Source: Candidatus Woesearchaeota archaeon (GTDB lineage Archaea; Nanobdellota; Nanobdellia; Pacearchaeales; GW2011-AR1). Taken from it: DNA of 13,265 nt. Under the pieces are notes generated by a model. It searched no databases and was not told where the DNA came from. It saw only the letters and a program-made list of their open reading frames with translations. Positions 1-7,455 of the stretch are shown in pieces. Location of the stretch: the NCBI GenBank assembly GCA_964505875.1, contig CAZDJT010000009.1, positions 1-13,265 of the forward strand, read 5' to 3'. Numbering within the stretch: the first letter of the stretch is position 1; every line of letters begins with the position of its first letter. Made by a program: the position numbers and the translations under genes.

Positions 1-105
1 TGTAAAATTGTTACTGATTTAGATAACAAAATTGCCGTTAAGTTTAAAAGCCATATACTTATAGAATATATAGGTTGAATAATATATATTCAGCAAGAAA
101 ACAAC

Positions 106-372
106 ATGAAAGACAATTTCGACATATTTTTCAGAAGAAAACCCGCATTAATGCTTGTTGCTTTAAAGAAAGTTACAAGAGCAAGATACGGCAGCCTATT
201 AGCAAAAGAAGTTGATTGCACTTATTCTCACGCTGTAAAGATTCTGCAGAGTCTTGAAAGACTTGGCCTTGTTGTCTTTGATAAGAAAGGAAGAACAAAG
301 CTGATAAAATTGACAAAGAAAGGACATGAAGTCGCGGACAATATAGACAATATTAAAAGACTTCTGGCTTAA
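106..372 (+). CDS. small winged-helix (MarR/ArsR-like) DNA-binding protein
   Basis: 88-aa ORF. HTH-like segment YSHAVKILQSLERLGLV is followed by a wing-like DKKGRTKLIKLTKKG. Called by motif recognition only. Confidence 0.55.
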   Translation: MKDNFDIFFRRKPALMLVALKKVTRARYGSLLAKEVDCTYSHAVKILQSLERLGLVVFDKKGRTKLIKLTKKGHEVADNIDNIKRLLA

Positions 373-525
373 TTGTTTTTAAATAACTTATTGCACTTAA
401 TTAATAAATTATTATTGCAGTCAATACTATCCAAAATTGAATATATAATGTCATAACAAGATTGTTGGTAAGATAATAACTTTTTATAGTTCTTCTTTCT
501 TTTATAATATAATAAAATATAAAAA

Positions 526-655
526 TGGCCCCGACGGGATTTGAACCCGCGACACCTGGATTTCTACTTTTCAAGGCTATTTGAAGGAAGCTGACCTTCA
601 AGGAACCTTGGTTCCTTAAGAGTCCAGTACTCTGACCGGGCTGAGCTACGAGGCC
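526..655 (-). tRNA. tRNA-Lys(CUU) interrupted by a ~55-nt intron after position 37
   Basis: The reverse complement folds as a cloverleaf: acceptor GGCCTCG/CGGGGCC plus discriminator A, D stem GCTC/GAGT, anticodon stem CTGGA/TCCAG, loop CTCTTA|A with anticodon CTT at 618-620, T arm GCGGG-TTCAAAT-CCCGT. The two anticodon-stem halves are separated by 55 extra nt (about 562-616). No CCA is encoded. An oligo-T run follows the 3' end. Confidence 0.8.
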
Positions 656-715
656 TTGTAGCTGTAATTATATTTGTGTTTAAAAAACTATCTAGACGAT
701 TATTGAATAATATGA

Positions 716-1168
716 TTATAAATGACGTATTGCTGTCTCTCTTGTAACGAAATTTATTGCCTTTTCTAATTCTGCGCGTGGAAACGGTTTAGGAATAAGA
801 ATAAATTTAGATATAGATTCAGTTGCATACCCTTCATCCATACCGCCCAGCTGCTCAAAATCAAATTTACCAAGAACATCATTTATTGTTCCACTAACCA
901 TCACAACCGGTGTATCCACGCCTCTTTTTCTTAACTCCATTACAGCATCAAAACCGCTTAAACCAGGCATTCTGTTATCAGTAACAGCAAAACGATAAAG
1001 AGGATAATTAGCAGTTACTCTTTTTACCAATTCTTCTCCATTATCTACACTCTCAACTTGATATCGAAGAGGATACAAGCCCCTTTTTCCATTAATAATT
1101 TCCCCAATTAAATTTCTATTTGAAGCTTCATCGTCTGCAATAATTATTCTTGTTCTTTCATCTGCCAT
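716..1168 (-). CDS. single-domain CheY-like response regulator receiver protein
   Basis: All canonical receiver residues are present: acidic pair in IIIADDE, phospho-acceptor Asp in AVTDNRMPG, Ser in VMVSG, Lys-Pro in IPKPF. The start is moved from 1186 to the ATG at 1168 (MADERT...) because a TATA-like tttaaata (1190-1197) lies exactly 21 nt upstream of it. Confidence 0.85.
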   Translation of the reverse strand: MADERTRIIIADDEASNRNLIGEIINGKRGLYPLRYQVESVDNGEELVKRVTANYPLYRFAVTDNRMPGLSGFDAVMELRKRGVDTPVVMVSGTINDVLGKFDFEQLGGMDEGYATESISKFILIPKPFPRAELEKAINFVTRETAIRHL

Positions 1169-1231
1169 GAAATAAAGCCAAATCAAACCTATTTAAATCT
1201 TTCTAAATGTAATTACTAAGAAGTTACACTC

Positions 1232-1546
1232 TTATCTATATTTTCTCCAAGTGTGGTGGCACTTTGGATTAGTGCACTTGTAGAACTTCGTCTCCGATTC
1301 ATCAGATGAGCGAGTCTGCATAGTCCAGAAATAAGCCTTCTTATGCTTGCATTCCGGGCAGGTAATTTCAACTATTGGATTGGTCTCATTCTCTCCTTCA
1401 TGTATGACTGTTACACTGTCCTCATTCTTCATCTTCTCAGAAACTTCAATCTTAATTCTCTTCCTAACTTTGTGCCCGCAGCTCGCACATGCTGCCTTAC
1501 CATCAGTTACCATAATCATACCACCACACTTTTCACAAAATTCCAT
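1232..1546 (-). CDS. tfs: transcription factor S (TFS; TFIIS/RPB9-like cleavage factor)
   Basis: N-terminal Zn ribbon CEKCG...CASCG. C-terminal TFIIS-type ribbon CPECK...QTRSSDESETKFYKC..C with the acidic DE hairpin. The track start at 1555 is a GTG. The first ATG (MEFCEKCG, 1546) sits 21 nt downstream of the TATA-like ttaaaata (1568-1575). Confidence 0.9.
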   Translation of the reverse strand: MEFCEKCGGMIMVTDGKAACASCGHKVRKRIKIEVSEKMKNEDSVTVIHEGENETNPIVEITCPECKHKKAYFWTMQTRSSDESETKFYKCTNPKCHHTWRKYR

Positions 1547-1592
1547 CAAAACCACTATACATTATACTATTTTAACATTGCGGTTTGAATGA

Positions 1593-2198
1593 TTAATGAC
1601 AGAAGCCTCTCTGACTAGCGTCTTTCATAGGTTCAAAGAAAACAAGCTTTACCCATCCAATAAAAGGTATTCTTCCTACTGCTTTGCCAATTATCTGCTC
1701 ATCTGCAATATTAATCTCATCTATTCTTTGATTATTATTGCTTGGTGTTAATTGTGCAACGTTATTGTCTCCTTTTGTCCCTCTAGGGTCTTCTTTTACT
1801 ATTCTATGAATTATAGGATATTTTGCTGTCGCTCCTTTTCCTGCATTATATATTATTACATCTCCTTTGCTTGTCTGTCCTCTTCCCCATACAAAAACAA
1901 TATCTCCCTTGTTCAGCCCATTGGTGTATTTGAAAGATGAAAAATCTTCTTTACTGATATTATGGCTTTCATACCATGCCGCATTTTTTTCCCACCAGTC
2001 AGAAAAATCTGAAGAGTGGTGCATAGAGCATGATTCAATTATAACAATAGGAAGAGAAGAGCTGGTTATCACTGAAAAAGAAGGAAAGAGGATAAATCTT
2101 ATTACCAAAACAGCAATTACAATAGAAACAATCCAAGACTGCCAGCTATCTCCTTTAAGGAAATTCCAAAATCTAATAATCTGCTCTTTTACTTCCAT
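1593..2198 (-). CDS. signal peptidase I, archaeal/eukaryotic Sec11 type (S26B)
   Basis: N-terminal TM helix. Catalytic Ser box ESCSMHH, GDIVFV box, His box PIIHRIV and TKGDNN box. TATA-like tttaaaaa (2220-2227) lies 21 nt upstream of the ATG. Confidence 0.85.
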   Translation of the reverse strand: MEVKEQIIRFWNFLKGDSWQSWIVSIVIAVLVIRFILFPSFSVITSSSLPIVIIESCSMHHSSDFSDWWEKNAAWYESHNISKEDFSSFKYTNGLNKGDIVFVWGRGQTSKGDVIIYNAGKGATAKYPIIHRIVKEDPRGTKGDNNVAQLTPSNNNQRIDEINIADEQIIGKAVGRIPFIGWVKLVFFEPMKDASQRGFCH

Positions 2199-2238
2199 TA
2201 ATATTATTATTAACTGTTGTTTTTAAACTATATGAAAA

Positions 2239-2309
2239 TGCGTCGTGCGGGGATTGAACCCGCGTATCGAACTTGGGAAGCTCGCATTCTGCCACTGAAT
2301 TAACGACGC
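2239..2309 (-). tRNA. tRNA-Gly(CCC)
   Basis: 71-nt cloverleaf on the reverse strand: acceptor GCGTCGT/ACGACGC plus A, D stem ATTC/GAAT, anticodon stem CGAGC/GTTCG, loop TTCCCAA, T arm GCGGG-TTCAATC-CCCGC. No intron and no encoded CCA. Confidence 0.9.
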
Positions 2310-2713
2310 ATCGAATAATAAATGCTGATTGCAAGAATCAAGACAGCGATGCCATCAATAGCAATGCAAAAAGAACAGAATTTTCCAATAACAAAAGATT
2401 GTAAGTAAATAAAATATAAAGCGAACGCCGCCCCTACAGCAGCCATAATAAAATAGCTCAATCTAGCCCAATGATATCTATATCCAAGAAGATAGACAAG
2501 AAAAAGAAGAGAGAAAGAAATAACTCCAAGCCAGCTAAGCTTAATTCCCATTATGCTTGAATATTCTGAAGTTCTAACTTCGCTGCATGACTTTCCTATG
2601 ATGCAGTATACTGGACCGTTGCTGTCAGCATAGACTATGTAAGCAGATAAGATTACATTTATCAATATGAACATTCCAAGAAATATTTGATTTGGTCTTG
2701 CTCTATTTAACAT
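2300..2713 (-). CDS. VKOR (vitamin K epoxide reductase) family membrane thiol oxidoreductase
   Basis: 137 aa with about four TM segments. Loop cysteine pair YCIIGKSCSEVRTSEYS and the redox CxxC (CSFC) in the last TM helix. TATA-like ttattaaa (2735-2742) lies 21 nt upstream of the ATG. There is no fused thioredoxin domain. Confidence 0.75.
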   Translation of the reverse strand: MLNRARPNQIFLGMFILINVILSAYIVYADSNGPVYCIIGKSCSEVRTSEYSSIMGIKLSWLGVISFSLLFLVYLLGYRYHWARLSYFIMAAVGAAFALYFIYLQSFVIGKFCSFCIAIDGIAVLILAISIYYSMRR

Positions 2714-2772
2714 GAAAGTCGGAGTAAAAAAGCTTTTAATAACCCTTTTACTCCTATAGTTTAAGTGATAAA

Positions 2773-3453
2773 ATGTACAGATATCTAATATCTTCTCTTA
2801 TTTTGCTTCTTGTCTGGTATATCCTATTTCTTTACAGAAAAGACCTGAGAAAAGATATGCTGTTTGCCAGCCTTATAGCTTTGCCATTTGGTTTAACAGA
2901 ATTCTTTTTTGTTCCAAATTATTGGCATCCAAAAACTTTATTTGCCTCTACTTTAGATATAGAGAGTTTTATCTTCCTTTTCGCAATAGGAGGAATTGCT
3001 TCTGTCATGTATGAAGTAATTCTCAACAAACATTTAAAGAAAGAAAGAGAGAGCAGATCAAAGCGATTAAGTCACTTTCTTGTCTTTGTCACTCTTACCT
3101 TAACTGCGTTCATATTATTAAACATGATAATACCAGGAGCTTTCCGAGATAAATTAATCTATACCTGGACCTTAGCTGGTTTTATAGGGGGAATAGCAAT
3201 AATAATAGTAAGAAAAGACTTGCTTCATGAAGTAATTCTTGGCAGCGTCTTATTTATGTTATTGTATTTCTTCAGCCTTCTTATTTTCAATAGCTTAATC
3301 TTTCCAGGATGGATTTCAGATGAATGGAATTTAGCTAATCTTTCAGGCATCTTCATCTTCAACATTCCAATAGAGGAACTTTTGTTTGCTCTTTCTTTCG
3401 GAGTTCTTTGGGCGCCAATTTATGAGTTCATTCAAGGCTTTAGATCACGATAA
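2773..3453 (+). CDS. polytopic membrane protein, possibly lycopene-cyclase-domain (CrtYc/Yd-like) family
   Basis: 226 aa with 6-7 hydrophobic segments. Two-half architecture, with a PxEE-like motif NIPIEELLFALSFG in the second half and GLTEFFF in the first. The family assignment is tentative. Confidence 0.6.
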   Translation: MYRYLISSLILLLVWYILFLYRKDLRKDMLFASLIALPFGLTEFFFVPNYWHPKTLFASTLDIESFIFLFAIGGIASVMYEVILNKHLKKERESRSKRLSHFLVFVTLTLTAFILLNMIIPGAFRDKLIYTWTLAGFIGGIAIIIVRKDLLHEVILGSVLFMLLYFFSLLIFNSLIFPGWISDEWNLANLSGIFIFNIPIEELLFALSFGVLWAPIYEFIQGFRSR

Positions 3454-3689
3454 TGCATAAGAAGAATAATTATTTCAATAATCAATAGATAAATAATCTT
3501 GTTGAGGTTAATTATCATGCGTAAATCAATTTTAGGTGGTGAGAAAAGATGAAAGAAGAATCTACAGAGATTATTAGAGCTATATGGAAAAATACTTGTC
3601 AGATAATTTTAAGAAATTAGATATTTGTATCTCTTTGGCTAAGAGCGAATAAAGACAACTTTTATAAAAGCAAAAAACTCTGCAAGAGA

Positions 3690-3763
3690 GATCCCGTAGC
3701 TCAGTTGGTTAGAGCGCTGCTCTGATACGGCAGAGGTCCCAAGTTCAACTCTTGGCGGGATCA
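3690..3763 (+). tRNA. tRNA-Ile(GAU)
   Basis: 74-nt cloverleaf: acceptor GATCCCG/CGGGATC plus A, D stem GCTC/GAGC, anticodon stem CTGCT/GGCAG, loop CTGATAC, T arm CCAAG-TTCAACT-CTTGG. TATA-like tttataaa (3661-3668) lies 21 nt upstream of position 1. Confidence 0.9.
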
Positions 3764-3787
3764 CTTATATTATAATTATTAAAAGAA

Positions 3788-4438
3788 TTAATTCCCCGTC
3801 TTAAATTCAACAACGAGTTTCTCTTCTTCTAAAGATAAATTATGTAAAGGCAGACTTATAGGTAAGCTGTTAACATAAACCTTGTCTTTACCAATAGCTT
3901 TTATTTCGTATCCTGATTCCAGCTTGGAAATAAATATATCATTAGTAGAATCAACACCAGGCGTGTTAAGTTCATAAACAACTCTGTCAGCAAGTCTTCT
4001 TATTGTAGTCTTAGCAGACTTTCTTGGTAAGCCAGACATTCTCTTTACTTGCTCATCAGACAACTCTCTCTTTGCCACAGTCTTTCTCTGTCTCTGTCTA
4101 GGCTGCGAACCGCCAATCATAATTTTTATTGAGTTTGGAGAAGTCCTGATTTCCGCTCCGCCGTCTTCTTGAAGCTCAGCATTTAAACTCTTCATAATGT
4201 TGTTAACAAGAGAAGAAAAGACTTTATCCATTCCAACAGGAGCAGCAGGAGAATGCTGTCTTATTATTTCTTCGTCGCTAAAATCATCTGTTCCAAGCAT
4301 CCCAAATCTCTCTTTCTCTTCAGCCATATCAATTAATGGATTTGCACAGTAAGGGCAGAATTTATGCTTACTCTCTGCACCGCGTCCGCAATTCTGGCAT
4401 TCAACTTCTTTTTTCTTTCCTTTTTTTTTGAAGAACAT
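3788..4438 (-). CDS. Zn-ribbon protein with basic linker and Hsp20/alpha-crystallin-like C-terminal domain (tentative)
   Basis: N-terminal CQNCG...CPYC ribbon. The C-terminal VVYELNTPGVDSTNDIFISKLESGYEIKAIG...LPISLPL...EEEKLVVEFK resembles an alpha-crystallin/CS-type beta-sandwich. The start is moved from 4453 to the ATG at 4438 (MFFKKKGKKK...), which lies 21 nt downstream of tttaaaag (4460-4467). Confidence 0.6.
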   Translation of the reverse strand: MFFKKKGKKKEVECQNCGRGAESKHKFCPYCANPLIDMAEEKERFGMLGTDDFSDEEIIRQHSPAAPVGMDKVFSSLVNNIMKSLNAELQEDGGAEIRTSPNSIKIMIGGSQPRQRQRKTVAKRELSDEQVKRMSGLPRKSAKTTIRRLADRVVYELNTPGVDSTNDIFISKLESGYEIKAIGKDKVYVNSLPISLPLHNLSLEEEKLVVEFKTGN

Positions 4439-4571
4439 CTTATTCAAGAGCATATGAAACTTTTAAACTTTTCGTATCTCCAATCATTTTCTGCTACTGG
4501 CTACAAAGGCTCCTCAAGAGATAAATTTCAGCTTCATTAATAAAGATTACTTGTTATTTATCACAACAAAG

Positions 4572-4579
4572 TTTAAATA
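4572..4579 (+). promoter_or_regulatory. TATA box of the Zn-ribbon-AbrB/cdc48 operon (leaderless geometry)
   Basis: tttaaata lies 22 nt upstream of the ATG at 4602. Several other gene starts in this window show the same geometry. Confidence 0.5.
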
Positions 4580-4601
4580 GTATATACTATCAAGTATACA
4601 C

Positions 4602-4961
4602 ATGACGGACATATTTGATACGGCAATCTTCTGTAAAGAATGCGGCAAGCAGATGAAGCCAACAATAGTAGCGAGAGACGGATTTGAACTTCGTGCAGTT
4701 AAATGTCAGAAATGCAATGATACAATTATTCATCCAGCTGATCTGAATTCTGCAGACCAGTTCAAAGATTTAAGAGGAAAAACTTTTCATGTTAAATTAA
4801 GAATGGTTGGAAACAGCCATGCAATAAGCATTCCAAAAGAAATTGTTGATTTTATAAATGAACAGCATAAGAGAGCAAGGAGAGACATGGATGACATGGT
4901 TCGTCTCTGCTTTGAAGATTTTGATAGGCTAAGTGTGAGGTTTGATGATGAAAAAATCTGA
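4602..4961 (+). CDS. Zn-ribbon plus AbrB/MazE/SpoVT (swapped-hairpin) domain protein
   Basis: CKECG...CQKCN ribbon followed by [22 protein letters not shown], which matches the AbrB/MazE signature (compare MazE WGNSPAVRIP). The 3' end overlaps the cdc48 start by 17 nt. Confidence 0.75.
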   Translation: MTDIFDTAIFCKECGKQMKPTIVARDGFELRAVKCQKCNDTIIHPADLNSADQFKDLRGKTFHVKLRMVGNSHAISIPKEIVDFINEQHKRARRDMDDMVRLCFEDFDRLSVRFDDEKI

Positions 4962-7242
4962 TGAAGTAAGATTAAAGGTTGTTGAAGCGTTGCAAGATGA
5001 CGCGTATAAAGGTATAGCTAGGATTGACCCTCATTTAATGCTCTCTCTTGATCTGAAAAGAGGAGATGTAATAGTTATAAAAGGTCAGAGAGAAACAGTA
5101 GCAATAGTTGACCGAGCCTATCCTGCTGATGTAGGGGAGAAAATAATCAGAATTGACGGTTTGATAAGAAGAAATGCAAAGACAAGTGTAAGCGAGCAAG
5201 TTTCCGTCTTCAAAGCAACTGCAAAGCCTGCGCAGAAAGTTACAATTGCTCCAGCACAGCAGGGAATAATGGTTCAAGGCAATCCTGAAATGTTTAAGAA
5301 CGGTTTGCTTGGAAGAGCAATTGTTAAAGGGGATATAATCTCTCTTGGTGGTGTTCAGAGAAGAAGAGATGTAATGTCTGAAGGCTTGCCTGATTTTTTC
5401 AGCGATTTAAATGAATTGTTCGGTGCTGGAGGAAATTTCGGTTTCGCAGGTTTCCAGCAGATTAAATTCCTTGTCGTCTCCACAACTCCAAATCAGCCTT
5501 GCATCATAAATGAGAATACTGAAATAGTTCTAAACTCAAAATCAGTTGAGATATCAGAAGAGACAGTTCCAGATGTTACTTATGAAGATATCGGCGGTCT
5601 GACAGAAGAGGTAAAGAAAATAAGAGAAATGGTAGAACTACCGCTAAAGCATCCAGAAATATTTGATAAATTGGGAATAGAGCCTCCTAAAGGCGTCCTT
5701 CTTTACGGCCCTCCAGGAACTGGAAAAACATTGCTTGCAAAAGCAGTAGCGAATGAATCAGAAGCAAATTTCATTCTTCTTAACGGCCCAGAAATAATGT
5801 CGAAATTCTACGGAGAGTCAGAGAAGAAGATAAGAGATATATTTGAGGAAGCGGAGAAAACAGCTCCTTCAATTATATTCATAGATGAAGTTGATGCGAT
5901 AGCTCCTAAGAGAGAGGATGTTCAAGGAGAAGTTGAAAGACGTGTCGTCTCTCAGCTTTTGACAATGATGGATGGCCTTAAGTCTAGAGGGCGTGTAGTA
6001 GTAATTGGAGCAACAAACAGAATTAATTCAATAGATCAAGCTCTAAGGCGCCCGGGAAGATTTGACAGAGAAATAGAATTTTCAGCACCAGATAAAAAGT
6101 CCAGACTTAATATTCTTAAAATCCACACAAGACACATGCCGTTGACAAAAGGAGTTAATCTTGAAGCAATTGCCGCGAAGACACACGGTTTCGTCGGCGC
6201 AGACCTTTCTGCTCTAACAAAAGAATCTGCCATGGCTGTATTAAGAAAAGTTCTGCCAGAGCTAAAGTTAGATGATGAAGAACCAATACCTCCAGAAGTT
6301 CTTGATAAGATGGTAATAGCTCAGGAAGATTTTGATGAATCTCTGAAAGTTGTGCGTCCTAGTGCAATGAGAGAAGTTCTTGTAGAAACACCAAATATAT
6401 CATGGGAAGATATCGGCGGTTTGGATAAAACAAAGTCAGAATTGAAAGAAGCAATTGAATGGCCTGTAAAGAATCCAGAAGTTTTCAAGAGATTAGGAAT
6501 AAGAGCTCCGAGAGGAATTCTTCTTTACGGCCCTCCAGGAACTGGAAAAACATTGCTTGCAAAAGCAGTAGCGAATGAATCAGAAGCAAATTTCATTCAG
6601 GTAAAAGGCCCAAGCCTTCTTAGTATGTGGGTAGGAAAATCAGAAGAAGGAGTAAGAAAAATATTTGAGAGAGCAAGGCAAGTTGCACCATGTGTAATTT
6701 TCTTTGATGAAATAGATTCTTTAGCAGGAAGAAGAGGATATGACAACGGTGCAAAAGTTACTGAGCGTGTTCTTAATCAGATGCTTTCAGAAATGGATGG
6801 TCTTGAAGATTTGAAAGATGTAGTAGTAATTGGAGCAACAAACAGGCCAGACATGCTTGACCCGGCCTTGCTTCGTCCAGGGCGTTTTGACAGAATAATT
6901 CTAGTTGATGTTCCAGATGAAGAAAGCAGAAGAAAAATATTGGAAGTTCATCTTAAGAACACTCCAATAGCAAACGATGTAAATATTGAAGAGCTTGTCA
7001 AGTTAACAGAAAGTTTCGTCGGCGCAGATTTAGAAGGTTTGGTAAGAGAAGCAGCCATGTCTGCAATTAGAAGGGATATGAATGTCAAAACAGTTTCAAT
7101 GAAGGACTTTGATGCCGCTCTGAATAAAGTAAAAGCCTCTGTCTCAAGTGACACAGCAAAGAGATACAAGAAGATAGAAGAGCATTTCTCGAAGACGGCA
7201 AAGGCAGGCGGAATAGAATTAGGTCCTCTTTATACTGGATAA
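4945..7242 (+). CDS. cdc48: CDC48/VCP/p97-type AAA+ ATPase (N domain plus D1 plus D2)
   Basis: CDC48 N-domain-like start (RLKVVEA...GIARID...GDVIVIKG). Two complete AAA modules, each with Walker A GPPGTGKT, Walker B ([16 protein letters not shown]) and RPGRFDR. The track start at 4942 is a TTG; the first ATG is 4945, preceded by a GAGGT SD-like motif (4936-4940). The C-terminus ends ...GPLYTG. Confidence 0.95.
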   Translation: MMKKSDEVRLKVVEALQDDAYKGIARIDPHLMLSLDLKRGDVIVIKGQRETVAIVDRAYPADVGEKIIRIDGLIRRNAKTSVSEQVSVFKATAKPAQKVTIAPAQQGIMVQGNPEMFKNGLLGRAIVKGDIISLGGVQRRRDVMSEGLPDFFSDLNELFGAGGNFGFAGFQQIKFLVVSTTPNQPCIINENTEIVLNSKSVEISEETVPDVTYEDIGGLTEEVKKIREMVELPLKHPEIFDKLGIEPPKGVLLYGPPGTGKTLLAKAVANESEANFILLNGPEIMSKFYGESEKKIRDIFEEAEKTAPSIIFIDEVDAIAPKREDVQGEVERRVVSQLLTMMDGLKSRGRVVVIGATNRINSIDQALRRPGRFDREIEFSAPDKKSRLNILKIHTRHMPLTKGVNLEAIAAKTHGFVGADLSALTKESAMAVLRKVLPELKLDDEEPIPPEVLDKMVIAQEDFDESLKVVRPSAMREVLVETPNISWEDIGGLDKTKSELKEAIEWPVKNPEVFKRLGIRAPRGILLYGPPGTGKTLLAKAVANESEANFIQVKGPSLLSMWVGKSEEGVRKIFERARQVAPCVIFFDEIDSLAGRRGYDNGAKVTERVLNQMLSEMDGLEDLKDVVVIGATNRPDMLDPALLRPGRFDRIILVDVPDEESRRKILEVHLKNTPIANDVNIEELVKLTESFVGADLEGLVREAAMSAIRRDMNVKTVSMKDFDAALNKVKASVSSDTAKRYKKIEEHFSKTAKAGGIELGPLYTG
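5698..5776 (+). repeat. 79-nt tract in cdc48 D1 identical to 6520-6598 in D2
   Basis: Base-by-base comparison shows cttctttacggccc...aatttcattc is identical in both copies. The offset is 822 nt (in frame). Both encode [26 protein letters not shown]. Confidence 0.95.
6520..6598 (+). repeat. 79-nt tract in cdc48 D2 identical to 5698-5776 in D1
   Basis: See the partner copy. Shorter identical tracts also occur: 5994-6020 = 6819-6845 (27 nt) and 6188-6203 = 7013-7028 (16 nt). Confidence 0.95.
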
Positions 7243-7252
7243 GAGAGATAAT

Positions 7253-7260
7253 TATTTAAA
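7253..7260 (+). promoter_or_regulatory. TATA box of the relBE-like operon
   Basis: tatttaaa lies exactly 21 nt upstream of the ATG at 7282. Confidence 0.5.
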
Positions 7261-7281
7261 CAATCATAATTTATATTATAT

Positions 7282-7455
7282 ATGGAAGTTACTATAAACA
7301 CTTTATATGCAGATGTAGTTAATCTAAGAAGAGAGCTTGAGATAATTAAGAGAGTTTTGCTCAATGAAGGTAAATTAACTTTATGGGCAAAAAAAACATT
7401 AAAGGAAGCAAGAGAGGAAAAAGAGGAGAAATATGTCTCTCTTGAAAACTTGTAA
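7282..7455 (+). CDS. putative antitoxin (archaeal RelB-like), not in the supplied ORF track
   Basis: 57-codon ORF MEVTINTLYADVVNLRRELEIIKRVLLNEGKLTLWAKKTLKEAREEKEEKYVSLENL. It has a coiled-coil-like N-terminal part. Its TAA stop overlaps the toxin ATG (TAATG, 7453-7457). It has its own TATA at the standard spacing. Confidence 0.65.
   Translation: MEVTINTLYADVVNLRRELEIIKRVLLNEGKLTLWAKKTLKEAREEKEEKYVSLENL

Noticed and set aside
401-601. 66-aa minus-strand ORF from the track
   Set aside because: Its 5' half lies inside the tRNA-Lys gene and intron (526-655), and the rest is AT-rich spacer. It has a low-complexity hydrophobic translation and no promoter geometry.
1343-2226. Plus-strand ORFs 1343-1588, 1347-1592, 1752-1940 and 1867-2226
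   Set aside because: They are antisense shadows of the well-supported tfs and signal peptidase genes. Their translations are low-complexity and Cys/Phe/Ile-rich with no recognisable motifs.
3549-3620. 23-codon ORF (MKEESTEIIRAIWKNTCQIILRN) preceded by a GGTGGTGA SD-like motif, in the 236-nt spacer before tRNA-Ile
   Set aside because: It is too short and featureless to call, and it has no promoter at the standard distance. It is kept only as a note.
4942-4944. Longer starts offered by the track: TTG 4942 for cdc48, GTG 1555 for tfs, ATG 1186 for the receiver, ATG 4453 for the sHsp-like gene
   Set aside because: For the latter three the TATA-21 nt-ATG rule points to a downstream ATG, because the longer start would fall inside or within a few nt of the TATA box. 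For cdc48 the SD-like GAGGT is better spaced for ATG 4945/4948.
5035-7169. Minus-strand ORFs 5035-5277, 6036-6233 and 6948-7169
   Set aside because: They lie entirely inside, and antisense to, the strongly supported cdc48 CDS, and carry no motifs.
7222-7242. CDC48 C-terminal ...GPLYTG as an HbYX proteasome-docking motif
   Set aside because: HbYX requires Tyr at the penultimate position. Here Tyr is third from the end, so the motif is shifted by one residue. I cannot decide from the sequence whether docking is retained.
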